From: Longimicrobiales bacterium
Lineage (GTDB): Bacteria > Gemmatimonadota > Gemmatimonadetes > Longimicrobiales > Gaopeijiaceae
Assembly: GCA_965204735.1 (NCBI GenBank)
Contig: OZ242008.1
Location: 2,464,001 to 2,528,000, forward strand
Length of the DNA stretch: 64,000 bases
Direction of reading: 5' to 3'
Below are positions 37,665 through 47,700 of this stretch, in pieces. The position numbers and the translations under genes are program-made. The notes under the pieces were generated by a model, which did no database searches, was not told the origin of the DNA, and saw only the letters and a list, made by a program, of their open reading frames with translations. Within the stretch, counting starts at the first letter, position 1. Each line of letters starts with the position of its first letter.

Positions 37665-37952
37665 TCACTTCGGATCGGGGAGCGAACCCACGCCCTCGAT
37701 GCCCTTTTCCGCTCGCTTCAGCCCCCTTGCGATCCGCCACACCCAGACCAGGATCAGCGCCCAGGCGACGCCGTAGGCGGCGAAGACGTGCACGTACGGA
37801 CGGAGAGCGCCCCGCCCCGCTTCGGCCTGGAGCGCAAGCTCCTCGGCCCCTGCCGCGGCGCCTGGTCCGGCAAGGACGACGAGGGCGACGGCGCCGGCCC
37901 GCAGGCCGGGAAGCAGGAGACGGGGAAGCAGAAGGAAGGCGCGTCGGATCAT
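37665..37952 (-). CDS. ccmD: CcmD-family heme exporter protein
   Basis: Small; YVHVFAAYGVAWALILVWVWRI TM followed by a basic tail; directly after ccmC. Confidence 0.65.
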   Translation of the reverse strand: MIRRAFLLLPRLLLPGLRAGAVALVVLAGPGAAAGAEELALQAEAGRGALRPYVHVFAAYGVAWALILVWVWRIARGLKRAEKGIEGVGSLPDPK

Positions 37953-38674
37953 GGCGAGGCTCCGGCAGGAGCTCCGGTCCGCGAGTCGGCTCCCGCGACG
38001 GCGGCCGGGGTCCGGCGTCTGCTCAGGAGTTCGACCGAGTACCGGAGGCAGAAGAGTCCCAGGAAGAGCAACGTGAAGCCCGCCAGGGACACGAGAAGGG
38101 TGGTCAGCATGTCGGGGTGGAGCGTCGGTCCCTCCGGCTTGATCACCACGGCGTCGGGATGGATCGACCTGAACCAGCTCACGCTCACGTGGATCAAGGG
38201 GATGTTCAGGGCGCCGACCACGGCCACGACGGCCGCGAGCCGCCTCCCCTTGCGCGGATCGGGAACCGAGCCCCGGACCAGGAAGTACCCCACGTAGGTG
38301 AACCACAGAACAAGGGTGAGAGTGAGGCGGGGGTCCCACTCCCAGTAGGCACCCCATGCAATCTTGGCCCAGAGAGGACCCGAAGTCAGCATGATCGCGC
38401 CGAAGACCAGTCCCCCTTCCGCCGCCGCAACCGCCGCCGCGTCGGCCCGTTCGTCGTCGAGCCAGAGATCTGCGGCGCTGGCGAGGGCGGCCAGGCCGAA
38501 GGCCAGGAACGTGGTCCACGCCGCCGGAACGTGGACGTAGAAGATTCGCTGGACCACCCCCATCGACGCCTCGGTGGGCACCCAGAACGCCACCATCCAG
38601 TGGACGGCCAGGACCGCGGCGACGCCTGCCGCGACAAGGCGGAATCCCCAGGGCGCGGCGCTTCTCGGCTTCAT
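37949..38674 (-). CDS. ccmC: Heme exporter protein C
   Basis: RIFYVHVPAAW, WAKIAWGAYWEWDPRLT (WWD domain), RSIHP. Confidence 0.93.
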   Translation of the reverse strand: MKPRSAAPWGFRLVAAGVAAVLAVHWMVAFWVPTEASMGVVQRIFYVHVPAAWTTFLAFGLAALASAADLWLDDERADAAAVAAAEGGLVFGAIMLTSGPLWAKIAWGAYWEWDPRLTLTLVLWFTYVGYFLVRGSVPDPRKGRRLAAVVAVVGALNIPLIHVSVSWFRSIHPDAVVIKPEGPTLHPDMLTTLLVSLAGFTLLFLGLFCLRYSVELLSRRRTPAAVAGADSRTGAPAGASP

Positions 38675-38691
38675 CTGGCGGGCGGCTTCCT

Positions 38692-39369
38692 CTACTCCTC
38701 CGCCACGTGGCGGAACAGAACGGCGCCGGCGGCGAGGGACCCCAGGGCGAAGGCCCACAGGAGCCGCACGGGACCGGAAACTTCGGGCCAAGGGCGGCCC
38801 AGGAAAAGGCGCGTCGTGGCCGTGGCGCCGAAGAAGACCACCGGAGTCAGAAGGGGAAAGGCCAGGACCGGGAGCAGCGTGTCGCCCAGGGAGCTGTGGC
38901 TGGAGACGCGCCCGAAGAGGGTGCCGACCGCCGCCAAGCCGACGGTGCCGGGCAGCAGGACCGCCCCGTGGGACGCCAGTGGACCGGGGGAGCGCACGCC
39001 CAGGAACGCGGTCAGAGCGAAGAAGGCGAGCCCCGTCGCGATCCAGATCAGGACCAGGTTCGCCGCCGTCTTGCCCAGGAACACCGACGACCGGGACGCG
39101 GGAGAGAGCAGAACGTGGCGGAAGGCGCCGTCCCGGTCCTCCAGGTCGAAGGCGCGTCCGGCGCCGGCGGTGGCGGCGAAGAGGACCACCAGCCAGAGCA
39201 GGCCGGCGGCCACGCTGCGTCCGGGGACCTGGGTCCGGTCCAGGGACACGGCAAAGAGGAAGCCGGCCAGGACCACGAAGGCCGCCATCGCCGGCAGCCG
39301 CCCGCCGGAGCGGAACTCGGCCCGCAGGTCCTTGGCAGCGAAGAGCCATGTCCAGCGCAGTTGCCTCAT
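38692..39369 (-). CDS. ccmB: Heme exporter protein B
   Basis: KDLRAEFRS, VFLGK, LLPVLAFPLLTP; six TM segments. Confidence 0.9.
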   Translation of the reverse strand: MRQLRWTWLFAAKDLRAEFRSGGRLPAMAAFVVLAGFLFAVSLDRTQVPGRSVAAGLLWLVVLFAATAGAGRAFDLEDRDGAFRHVLLSPASRSSVFLGKTAANLVLIWIATGLAFFALTAFLGVRSPGPLASHGAVLLPGTVGLAAVGTLFGRVSSHSSLGDTLLPVLAFPLLTPVVFFGATATTRLFLGRPWPEVSGPVRLLWAFALGSLAAGAVLFRHVAEE

Positions 39370-40130
39370 CGGATTCCCGCTGGCGCCAGGGAGACTTCCG
39401 CGGAGCCGACGGCGGCGGGGCCGACGCTGCCGCCGTCGAGCGCCGCCGCCAAGTCGCCGGCCTCGTGGGACGCGGCGGCGCCCTCCAGCGCCTTTCGGCC
39501 CTCCCGCAGCACCAGGAACCGGTCGGCGAGACGGAGCCCCCGCGCCATGTCGTGGGTCGCGAGCACCACGATCCGGCCGGCGGCTGCGAGCTCGCCAAGG
39601 GCCGCCTCCAGGAGCGCGGCGCCGCCCAGGTCCAGGCCCGTGAACGGCTCGTCCAGGAAGACCACCTCCGGGTCGTGGAGGAGGGTGCGCGCCACGGCGA
39701 CCCGCTGCCGCTCTCCCCGCGAGAGGGCGCCCACGCGGGCGTCCGCCAACGCCCCCGCCCCGACCCGGTCCAGCGCGGCCTTCAGGGCGGCGTCGGCCTT
39801 CCGCCGACCGGCCGCCCGACCGTGCAGCCCCGCGAAGAAGCGCAGGTTCTCGGCCACGGTGAGCTTCGCGTACAGCCCCGTGCGGTGCGAGACCACCCCG
39901 ACCCGGGCCCGCCACGCCGGGTCCGAGCCGGAGACGGGCTCGCCGTCCAGGAGCACCACGCCCGCGTCGGGCTTCCGCTCGCCGCTGAGCACCTTGAGCA
40001 GCGTCGTCTTGCCGGCGCCGTTGGGACCGAACACCGCCAGCGCGCCCGTCGCGTCCGCCGACACGCTCACGCCGTCCAGGGCGCGGGCGGGTCCGTAGTC
40101 GCACACCAGGCCGCGCCCCTCCAGGGTCAA
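39366..40130 (-). CDS. ccmA: Heme ABC exporter ATP-binding protein
   Basis: GPNGAGKTT, LTVAENL, LSRGERQR, FLDEPFTGLD. TTG start overlaps the upstream TGA. Confidence 0.9.
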   Translation of the reverse strand: MTLEGRGLVCDYGPARALDGVSVSADATGALAVFGPNGAGKTTLLKVLSGERKPDAGVVLLDGEPVSGSDPAWRARVGVVSHRTGLYAKLTVAENLRFFAGLHGRAAGRRKADAALKAALDRVGAGALADARVGALSRGERQRVAVARTLLHDPEVVFLDEPFTGLDLGGAALLEAALGELAAAGRIVVLATHDMARGLRLADRFLVLREGRKALEGAAASHEAGDLAAALDGGSVGPAAVGSAEVSLAPAGIR

Positions 40131-40594
40131 GGGCGTTCTCCGTCTTCCCCGTCGGCGGCGACGGCAGCCCGGGAGGCATGGAGCCGCGTGCCGCACTTGC
40201 CGCAGTACTTGGCCCCGAACTCGTTGAGGCGACGGCAACCGGCGCACTGCAGTCCCTCCCGAAGCGCCCGCCGGATCGTCGCGATCTCGTCCTCCAGCGC
40301 CTGGGAGGCCCGGGCCGCCGGCGAATCCGTCCCGACCGTCTCGGGTCCCAGGCGGAGAAGCGCCTCTCGGGAGAGCTCGGCCCGGAGCCGCTCGTAGTCC
40401 TCGCCGTCGACCTTCCCGGTGGCCCGGTCGTACTCGAGGTCGCGAAGGGCCGCCAGCGCGACCCGCCGACGCGCTGCGGACTCGTCGTGCTGGTCCTCCC
40501 CGTCGTAGAGGAGCGCGCTCCGGCCGGACAGCACCGGTTCCAGCACGTAGAGCAGGATGCCGGCGGCCAGGAGGACGCCCCCGACCAGGGTCAT
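40127..40594 (-). CDS. CcmI-N-like membrane-anchored protein with C-terminal zinc ribbon
   Basis: N-terminal TM; ALRDLEYDRATGKVDGEDYERLR; CAGC...YCGKCG. Confidence 0.75.
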   Translation of the reverse strand: MTLVGGVLLAAGILLYVLEPVLSGRSALLYDGEDQHDESAARRRVALAALRDLEYDRATGKVDGEDYERLRAELSREALLRLGPETVGTDSPAARASQALEDEIATIRRALREGLQCAGCRRLNEFGAKYCGKCGTRLHASRAAVAADGEDGERP

Positions 40595-40598
40595 GCCG

Positions 40599-42662
40599 TC
40601 ACGCGGCCCGTCCCGTTGCTCCGGAAGGAGCCGACCGGGGCGCACGACGACGACCGCCAGGCGCCCGGACCCCGGAGTGCGCTCCGGCGGCGGGCCACAG
40701 CCCCACCAGCGTGCCGAACGCCACCACCACTCCCCCGAACCATATCCACGGGACCAGGGGCAGCACCTTGAACTCGAAGGAGGCTCGCTCGGTTCCGCTG
40801 CCGAAGTCCACCTCCCGCGGGATCACGTAGAGGTCTTCGAGCAGGCTGCTCCGGATGCCCACCTCGGTGGACGACTCCTCCATGACCGGATAGTAGCGGC
40901 GCTCGGGCCGCATCGCGGCGACGTGCTCGCCGTCCTTGCGCACCGTCAGCAGGGCGGTCCACCGCCAGTCGTTCTCGGGCACGTCGTCGCTGGCTCGGGG
41001 CCGAGAGTGGGAAAGGCTCTCGTAGGTCAGGCGGTACTCGTGGCCGAAGGCCGATCGGATCGCGGCCGTTTCGCCGGGCGCCATCTCGTGGACCTGGGCG
41101 ACGTCGAAGGCCGACCCCGCCACTCCCGTGAAGAGGATCACGACGCCGGCGTGGACCACGTATCCGCCCCAGCGCCGCCGGTTGCGCCGCACCAAGCCCC
41201 GCAACGCCCGCAGATGCCCCTCTCCGGCGATTCGCGCCCGAGCCCTGGTCCCCTTCCAAAACTCGGTGGCCACCGTGGTCATCACGAAGGCGGAGACGAC
41301 GAAGGTGGCCAGCGCGGTCCCGTGGCGAACGCCCGTCAGCCAGAGCACGGCCAGGACGGCGGCCGCGGCGGCGCACGGCAGGAGGAAGTTCTTGCGAAGG
41401 TTCCGTCGCGAGGCCCGCCGCCAGGCGATCACCGGGCCGATCCCCATGAGGGCCAGGAGGATCAGCCCGATGGGCAGGTTGACTCGGTTGTAGTACGGCG
41501 GACCCACGTTGATCTTCTGGCCGAAGACGCCTTCGGTGATCAGGGGGTAGAGGGTGCCCCACATCACCGCGAACGCGATCCCCACCAGCAGCAAGTTGTT
41601 GAAGAGGAACGCCGACTCCCGGGAGAGGAACGACTGGATGCGGCTCTCGCTGCCCAGGGAAGGCAGGCGGTGAACGATCAGCACGGCGCAGAAGGCGGCG
41701 GTCGCGCCCATGAAGCCGAGGAAGATGTAGGCGATCTTCAAGTTCTCGGCGAAGCTGTGGACGGACTCGATGAGCCCGGAGCGGGTCAGGAAGGTGGCGA
41801 AGATCGTCAGCAGGAAGGTGGCCGCCACCAGTCCCATGTTCCAGACCTTCAGCATTCCTCGGTTCTCTTGTATCTGGATCGAGTGAAGGAACGCGGTGGC
41901 CGTCAGCCAGGGGAGCAGCGAGGCGTTTTCGACGGGGTCCCAGAACCAGTAGCCGCCCCAGCCCAGCTCTTCGTACGCCCATCTCATGCCGAAGACGATC
42001 CCCAGCGTCAGGAAGAACCAGCTCAGCAGGATCCATCGGCGGGCGACGGCGATCCAGCGCGAGTCGAGGCGGTTGGCGAGGAGGGCGGAAACGGCGAAGG
42101 CGAAAGGAACGGCGAAGGCGGTGAACCCCAGGTAGAGCGTGGGCGGATGAATCGTCATCCAGTAGTTCTGGAGCTGGGGGTTGAGGCCTCGTCCGTTGGC
42201 GGGGGTGAAGTCCAGGCGCTCGAAGGGGTTCACGCCGGCAAAGAGAAGAACCACCAGCAGGAAGGAGAGGATCGCGAGAAGGACGCCGGCGGCGTAGGGC
42301 ATGAACTCGCGGTTGCGCGCCCGGTTCTGGAAGACGGCGATGCTCGTGAAGGCGGAGAGCAGAAGGGTCCAGAAGACCAGGGACCCGCGCTGTCCCGCCC
42401 AGAGGCCGGCGACCTTGAAGTAGGTGTCCAGCTCTCGGTTCGAGTAGTTGGCGACGTACCAGTACTCGTAGCGGCCGCCCACGAAGGCGGCGACGATGCC
42501 CAACGAAGCCAGCAGCAGCAGGAAGGTGACGGCGTAGGCGGTGCGCTCGCCGCTCAGCACCAGCTCGCTGCGCCCGGTCCTGCCCCCGGCGAAGGAAACC
42601 GCCGTCCCCCAGAGGGCGATGGGGAGCGCGGTCCACAGGGCGGTCTCGCCCAGGACCGTCAC
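40599..42662 (-). CDS. ccmF: Heme lyase CcmF/NrfE subunit
   Basis: WAGQRGSL, GRGLNPQLQ, IHPPTLYLG, WAYEELGWGGYWFWDPVENASLLPW, FLTRSG. Confidence 0.96.
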   Translation of the reverse strand: MTVLGETALWTALPIALWGTAVSFAGGRTGRSELVLSGERTAYAVTFLLLLASLGIVAAFVGGRYEYWYVANYSNRELDTYFKVAGLWAGQRGSLVFWTLLLSAFTSIAVFQNRARNREFMPYAAGVLLAILSFLLVVLLFAGVNPFERLDFTPANGRGLNPQLQNYWMTIHPPTLYLGFTAFAVPFAFAVSALLANRLDSRWIAVARRWILLSWFFLTLGIVFGMRWAYEELGWGGYWFWDPVENASLLPWLTATAFLHSIQIQENRGMLKVWNMGLVAATFLLTIFATFLTRSGLIESVHSFAENLKIAYIFLGFMGATAAFCAVLIVHRLPSLGSESRIQSFLSRESAFLFNNLLLVGIAFAVMWGTLYPLITEGVFGQKINVGPPYYNRVNLPIGLILLALMGIGPVIAWRRASRRNLRKNFLLPCAAAAAVLAVLWLTGVRHGTALATFVVSAFVMTTVATEFWKGTRARARIAGEGHLRALRGLVRRNRRRWGGYVVHAGVVILFTGVAGSAFDVAQVHEMAPGETAAIRSAFGHEYRLTYESLSHSRPRASDDVPENDWRWTALLTVRKDGEHVAAMRPERRYYPVMEESSTEVGIRSSLLEDLYVIPREVDFGSGTERASFEFKVLPLVPWIWFGGVVVAFGTLVGLWPAAGAHSGVRAPGGRRRAPRSAPSGATGRAA

Positions 42663-43081
42663 GCAGCCAGCTCCTCCTTGGCGGCCTCGTAGCGGCTGCC
42701 GCACTTGGTCAGGACGGTGTGGGCCCGGAAGACGCCGTCGGCGCCGAAGCTGCCCTCGAGCACGACCTCGGCCCGGTCGTTGAAGGTGTCGGGCAGCACG
42801 TCCTCGTACCGCACCGAGAAGACCGTCTCGGGGTTCTCCAGGTCGGCCACGGCGAACTCGTGGACGCTGCCCGCTCCGGCCGGCCGGTCCCAGGAGCCCT
42901 CGACGACCCGGCCGCCGACCTTTACGCCGACTTGGCGGAAGGCGGGGTCGGCCTCGATGCGCGCCAGCAGCTCGGAGGGCGTCAGGTAATACACCATGCT
43001 GGCGCTGATCCCGGTCCACATCAGGTAGGCCACCACGGCCCCGACGCCGACGAGACCAACGAAGAAGCGTCCATTTCTCAT
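42659..43081 (-). CDS. ccmE: Heme chaperone CcmE, CxxxY variant
   Basis: YYLTPSE, VGGRVVEGS, LPDTF, VLTKCGSRY. Confidence 0.92.
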   Translation of the reverse strand: MRNGRFFVGLVGVGAVVAYLMWTGISASMVYYLTPSELLARIEADPAFRQVGVKVGGRVVEGSWDRPAGAGSVHEFAVADLENPETVFSVRYEDVLPDTFNDRAEVVLEGSFGADGVFRAHTVLTKCGSRYEAAKEELAA

Positions 43082-43173
43082 CGCGGGTTGCCTCCTCCCG
43101 GCCCGAAAGAGCCGTTGCGGCGATTGGGGCCCGTTGCGGCCCCGGCGAGTGCCTTCAGAAGACAGGAGCGTTG

Positions 43174-44673
43174 CTAATCTACTCCCTCTCGGACCGTCGC
43201 CGCCAGGGCGCCCCGCACGGCGGCGTCCCAACCCTCCAGGAGCGCCGCCCGCTCCTTCGGCTCCATTGCCGGACGGAAGACGCGGCCGCCGGCGAAGGCG
43301 GCCCGGAACGCCTGCGGGGAAGACCACACGCCGGCGGCAAGACCCGCCAGGCCGGCCGCGCCCAGGGCGGTCGCCTCCACCATCGCCGGACGCTCGACGG
43401 GGACGCCCAGCACGCCTGCCGCGAACTCCATCAGCCAGTCGTTCCGCGCCGCCCCGCCGTCCACCTTGACCCGCTCGGCGCTCACTCCGGCGTCCCGGCG
43501 CATCGCCTCCACCACGTCGCGGGCGCCGTACGCCATCGACTCCAGCGCGGCGCGGACCAGGTGGGCCGCCGTGGTTCCCCGGGTGAGGCCGACAACGGCG
43601 CCCCGGGCGTCGGGAGACCAGTGGGGCGACCCCAGCCCGGCGAACGCCGGCACCATGTACACGCCGCCGTTGTCGTCGAGGGAGCGGGCGATCTCCTCGC
43701 TGCGGGCGGCGTCGTCCAGCAGCCCCAGGCCGTCCCGGAGCCACTGCACCGCCGCGCCCGCGGCCAGGATCGAGCCTTCCAAGGCGAAGGCGGGGCCTCC
43801 CCAGGCGTCGCAGGCGACGGTGACGAGAAGCCCGCCAGGGGAAGGAGGTCTGCGACGCCCCGCGTGGAAGAGGAGGAAGGCGCCCGTGCCGTAGGTGCAC
43901 TTCCCCTCTCCCGGCGCCCAGCAGCCCTGGCCCCACAGCGCGGCCTGCTGGTCACCGGCGACCCCGAGGACGGGGAGCTCGGCGCCCAGGGCGTCGCCCG
44001 TCGCGACGCCGAAGTCGCCGCAGCTGGGACGGATCTCCGGCAAGACCCGCCGGGGCACGCCCATCACGTCCAGCAGCTCGTCGCTCCAGCTCCCCTCGTC
44101 CAGGTCGTAGAGGAGGGTGCGGGAGGCGTTGGTGGGGTCGGTGGCGTGCACGGCGCCGCCGGTCAGGCGAGCCACCAGCCAAGCGTCGACGGTGCCGACC
44201 GCCAGCTCGCCCGCCTCGGCCCTCGCCGCCAGCTCCGGGCTGGCGTCGAAGAGCCAGCGCAGCTTGGTGCCGGAGAAGTACGGGTCCAGGAGGAGCCCCG
44301 TGCGCCTGCGGACCATCGGCTCGTGGCCCGCCTCCTTCATCGTCCGGCACATTTCCGCCGTGCGCCGGTCCTGCCACACGATCGCCCGGTGGAGGGGCTT
44401 CAGCGTCTCCGGGTCCCACGCCACCACCGTCTCCCGCTGGTTCGCGATCCCAACCGCCCGCACCGGGGTTCCCGCCGCCGCCAGCGCCCGCCGGGCCGTC
44501 TTCACGGCGACGCGCCAGATCTCCTCCGCGTCGTGCTCGACCCAGCCCGGGGCCGGGAAGCGCTGGGCGAACTCCGAGTAGGCGCGTCCCGTCACCCGCC
44601 CGTCGGCCGAGACGACGAGCGCCGTCGTGCCCGTCGTGCCCTGGTCCAGAGCCAGGACGGCTTCGGCGCTCAC
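43174..44673 (-). CDS. glpK: Glycerol kinase
   Basis: ALDQGTTG, PGWVEHD, NQRET, IVWQDRRT, DPYFSGTK, GDQQAAL, KCTYGTG. Confidence 0.97.
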   Translation of the reverse strand: MSAEAVLALDQGTTGTTALVVSADGRVTGRAYSEFAQRFPAPGWVEHDAEEIWRVAVKTARRALAAAGTPVRAVGIANQRETVVAWDPETLKPLHRAIVWQDRRTAEMCRTMKEAGHEPMVRRRTGLLLDPYFSGTKLRWLFDASPELAARAEAGELAVGTVDAWLVARLTGGAVHATDPTNASRTLLYDLDEGSWSDELLDVMGVPRRVLPEIRPSCGDFGVATGDALGAELPVLGVAGDQQAALWGQGCWAPGEGKCTYGTGAFLLFHAGRRRPPSPGGLLVTVACDAWGGPAFALEGSILAAGAAVQWLRDGLGLLDDAARSEEIARSLDDNGGVYMVPAFAGLGSPHWSPDARGAVVGLTRGTTAAHLVRAALESMAYGARDVVEAMRRDAGVSAERVKVDGGAARNDWLMEFAAGVLGVPVERPAMVEATALGAAGLAGLAAGVWSSPQAFRAAFAGGRVFRPAMEPKERAALLEGWDAAVRGALAATVREGVD

Positions 44674-45365
44674 GGGACGCCGCGCAGCTCCCGGCGGCCG
44701 TCCGGTCGGCCCGCCGGCGCGCTGCTCGACGCCCCGCCGCCCGCCGACTCGATCCTGCCCGGCTTGTAGTCGAGTCCGAGCTCGGTCAGCAGCCCGACGA
44801 AGGCGACCACCGAGAAGCCGACCACGGCGCAGTAGTCGCCCTCCACGTGCTCCACCAGCGCCGACCCGATTCCCTGGATGCCGTAGGCCGCGGCCTTGTC
44901 CATCGGCTCGCCCGTCGCCACGTACTCCTCGGCCCACTCTCGGGAGACCGGCCGAAAGCGGACGCGGGCCGTGGCCACTCGCGACGCCAGCCTTCCCGTC
45001 CAGGCCAGCGCCATGCCGGTGTACACGACGTGCACGCGTCCCGAGAGCGCCGAGAGCATCTCGACCGCTTCCGCGTCCGACCGCGGCTTCTCCAGCACCT
45101 CGCCGTCGAGCTCCACCACCGTGTCGCCGCCGACGACGAGGCGCGCGGGGGCCGTCGAAGAGACTCGCTCCGCCTTCTCGCGCGCCAGCCGCTCCACGTA
45201 GCGCCTCGGGGGCTCGTCGGGGCGCCGCGCTTCCTCCACGTCCGCCGGCGCCGCAGCAAAGGCGAGGCCGAGCGTCCGCAGCGCCTCGGCCCGCCGGGGA
45301 GACGCGGACGCAAGCACGATCGCGGGCGGCCCGCCTTTGCCCGCGCCCGCCCCCGGGCAGCCCAC
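44670..45365 (-). CDS. maf: Maf-family nucleotide pyrophosphatase
   Basis: VLASASPRR, GGDTVV, LEKP, LSGRVH, GEPMDKAAAYGIQG. Confidence 0.92.
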   Translation of the reverse strand: MGCPGAGAGKGGPPAIVLASASPRRAEALRTLGLAFAAAPADVEEARRPDEPPRRYVERLAREKAERVSSTAPARLVVGGDTVVELDGEVLEKPRSDAEAVEMLSALSGRVHVVYTGMALAWTGRLASRVATARVRFRPVSREWAEEYVATGEPMDKAAAYGIQGIGSALVEHVEGDYCAVVGFSVVAFVGLLTELGLDYKPGRIESAGGGASSSAPAGRPDGRRELRGVP

Positions 45366-45367
45366 GG

Positions 45368-45808
45368 CTAGCGCTCCACGAGAAGGGTCACGGGGCCGTC
45401 GGCGACCAGCGCCACCTCCATGGCGGCGCCGAAGCGGCCCGTCCGCACGGGCCGGGGGAGACGCCGTCCCAGGGCGGCCACGAACGACTCGTACAGCCGG
45501 GCGGCGACCTCGGGGGGCGCCGCCTTTGCGAACGAGGGCCGCCTCCCCTTGGTCGCGTCGCCGTACAAGGTGAACTGGCTGACCACGAGCACCTCGCCCC
45601 CCGCGTCCACCACGGAGCGGTTCATCCGTCCCCGCTCGTCCGAGAAGATCCGGAGACCCGCCAGCTTGTCGGCCATCCACCGGATCTTGACCTCGTCGTC
45701 GCCCGGCGCGAAGCCCGCCAGCGCAAGGAGTCCCGGCCCGATCTCGCCCACCACGTCCCCGGCCGCGGCCACCTTCGCCCGGGACACCCGCTGGACGACG
45801 ACCCTCAC
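45368..45808 (-). CDS. dtd: D-aminoacyl-tRNA deacylase
   Basis: VVQRV, VSQFTL, KGRRPSF, GRFGAAM, DGPVT. Confidence 0.97.
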   Translation of the reverse strand: MRVVVQRVSRAKVAAAGDVVGEIGPGLLALAGFAPGDDEVKIRWMADKLAGLRIFSDERGRMNRSVVDAGGEVLVVSQFTLYGDATKGRRPSFAKAAPPEVAARLYESFVAALGRRLPRPVRTGRFGAAMEVALVADGPVTLLVER

Positions 45809-45851
45809 CGGGGACCGGCCGACGCCGACGGGCGGTCCCGCGTCCCCGCCC

Positions 45852-47690
45852 TCACTCGACCGTGACGGACTTGGCCAGGTTTCTCGGCTGGTCCACGTCG
45901 CAGCCCCGCATCACGGCGACGTGATACGCGAGCAGCTGCAGAGGCACGACCGTCAGCACGGGCATCAGCGCCGGCACGGTTCCGGGCACGATCACCACGT
46001 CGTCCGCCAGCTCGTGGATTTCGCCGTCCTGAACGGTCGCGACGGCGATCACTCGACCGTGACGGGCCTTGATCTCCTGGATGTTGGCCAGGGTCTTCCT
46101 GTACACCGGGTCCTGGGGCGCGAGCACCACCACCGGCATGTCCTCGTCCACCAGCGCGATCGGTCCGTGCTTCATCTCGGCGGCGGGGTAGCCTTCGGCG
46201 TGGATGTAGCTGACCTCCTTCAGCTTCAAGGCTCCCTCCAAGGCGACCGGGAACTGATACCCCCGTCCCAGGTAGAGGAAGTTCGGCGCCTCGCTGTAGC
46301 GGCGGGCGATCTCCCGCATCTGGCCGTCCACTTTCAGCGCTTCTTCCAGGAGCGTCGGCAAGCGGCTGAGGGCGTGGACCAGCTCTCGCCCCTCGAGGAT
46401 CGACATGGACCTCCGACGGGCCAAGTAGAGCGTGAAGAGCGCCTGGGCGACGACCTGGCTGGTGAAGGACTTGGTGGACGCGACCCCGATCTCGGGTCCC
46501 GCGTGCAGGTAGATGCCGAAGTCGGTGAGCGACGCGATGCTCGATCCCACCGTGTTGACGATCCCCATCGTCGGGCACCCCCGGCGCTTGGCCTCCTGCA
46601 GGGCGGCGATCGTGTCCGCCGTCTCTCCCGACTGGCTGATCCCGATCACCAGCGTCTTCCGGGAAAGGACGGGGTTTCGGTAGCGGAACTCGGAGGCGTA
46701 CTCGGCCGCAACCGGCACCCGGGCCAAGTCCTCCAGCATGTAGGCCCCCAGCAGCCCGGCGTGCCAGCTGGTGCCGCACGCGGTGACGACGATCCTGTCC
46801 ACCGCCGCCAAGTCCGCGTCGGGCACCGAGACGCCTCCCAGCTTGGACGACCCTTCCTCTTCCAGCAGCCGGCCCCGCATCACTTCCCGCAGCGACGAGG
46901 GCTGCTCCAGGATCTCCTTCTGCATGTAGTGCTCGCAGGCGCCCTTGTCGATCGCCTGGGCGTCCCACGCGACGACGTGAAGGTGACGCCTGACCGCGCG
47001 GCCCGCCGGGTCGAAGGTGCGGTACTCGCGCGGTCCCAGCACCGCCGAGTCTCCGTCCCTGAGTCGGATCACCTTCTTCGTGTGGGCGACGATGGCGGAG
47101 GCGTCGGAGGCGACCAGGTACTCGCCCCGGCGTCCGATCCCGAGCAGGATGGGACTCCCGTGGCGTCCGACGACAAGCTTGCCCGGGTCGCGGGAGCTGG
47201 CCACGGCGACCCCGTAGGTGCCCTCGACCTGGGAGAGGGCCGCGGCCACCGCGTCTTCCAGCAGGTCGGTTTCCCGAAAGGCGAAGTCCACCAGGTGAAC
47301 CAGCGCCTCGGTGTCGGTCTCGCTGCGGAACTCGTAGCCCAGCTCCTCCAGCCGGGGACGGTGGACCGCGGCGTTCTCGATGATCCCGTTGTGGACCAGC
47401 GCGATGTCGCCGGCCGAAGAGAGGTGGGGGTGGGCGTTGGCCTCGGTCGGCGGACCGTGGGTGGCCCAGCGGGTGTGGGCGATGCCGCAGCTTCCCGCCG
47501 GCATGCGTCCGTTCACGACCTGCTCGAGCTCCCGCAGCTTGCCGGGCCGCTTCCAGGTGACCAAGCCCTCGTCGGGCGTGAGGACCGACAGGCCTGCCGA
47601 GTCGTAGCCCCGGTACTCCAGGCACTTGAGCCCTTCCATGAGGATGGGTCCCGCCTCGCGGGGTCCGACGTATCCGATGATTCCGCACAT
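45852..47690 (-). CDS. glmS: Glutamine--fructose-6-phosphate transaminase
   Basis: MCGIIG, LEYRGYDSAG, HTRWATHG, SQSGETADT, PRNLAKSVTVE. Confidence 0.98.
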   Translation of the reverse strand: MCGIIGYVGPREAGPILMEGLKCLEYRGYDSAGLSVLTPDEGLVTWKRPGKLRELEQVVNGRMPAGSCGIAHTRWATHGPPTEANAHPHLSSAGDIALVHNGIIENAAVHRPRLEELGYEFRSETDTEALVHLVDFAFRETDLLEDAVAAALSQVEGTYGVAVASSRDPGKLVVGRHGSPILLGIGRRGEYLVASDASAIVAHTKKVIRLRDGDSAVLGPREYRTFDPAGRAVRRHLHVVAWDAQAIDKGACEHYMQKEILEQPSSLREVMRGRLLEEEGSSKLGGVSVPDADLAAVDRIVVTACGTSWHAGLLGAYMLEDLARVPVAAEYASEFRYRNPVLSRKTLVIGISQSGETADTIAALQEAKRRGCPTMGIVNTVGSSIASLTDFGIYLHAGPEIGVASTKSFTSQVVAQALFTLYLARRRSMSILEGRELVHALSRLPTLLEEALKVDGQMREIARRYSEAPNFLYLGRGYQFPVALEGALKLKEVSYIHAEGYPAAEMKHGPIALVDEDMPVVVLAPQDPVYRKTLANIQEIKARHGRVIAVATVQDGEIHELADDVVIVPGTVPALMPVLTVVPLQLLAYHVAVMRGCDVDQPRNLAKSVTVE

Positions 47691-47700
47691 GGAGCTGAAG

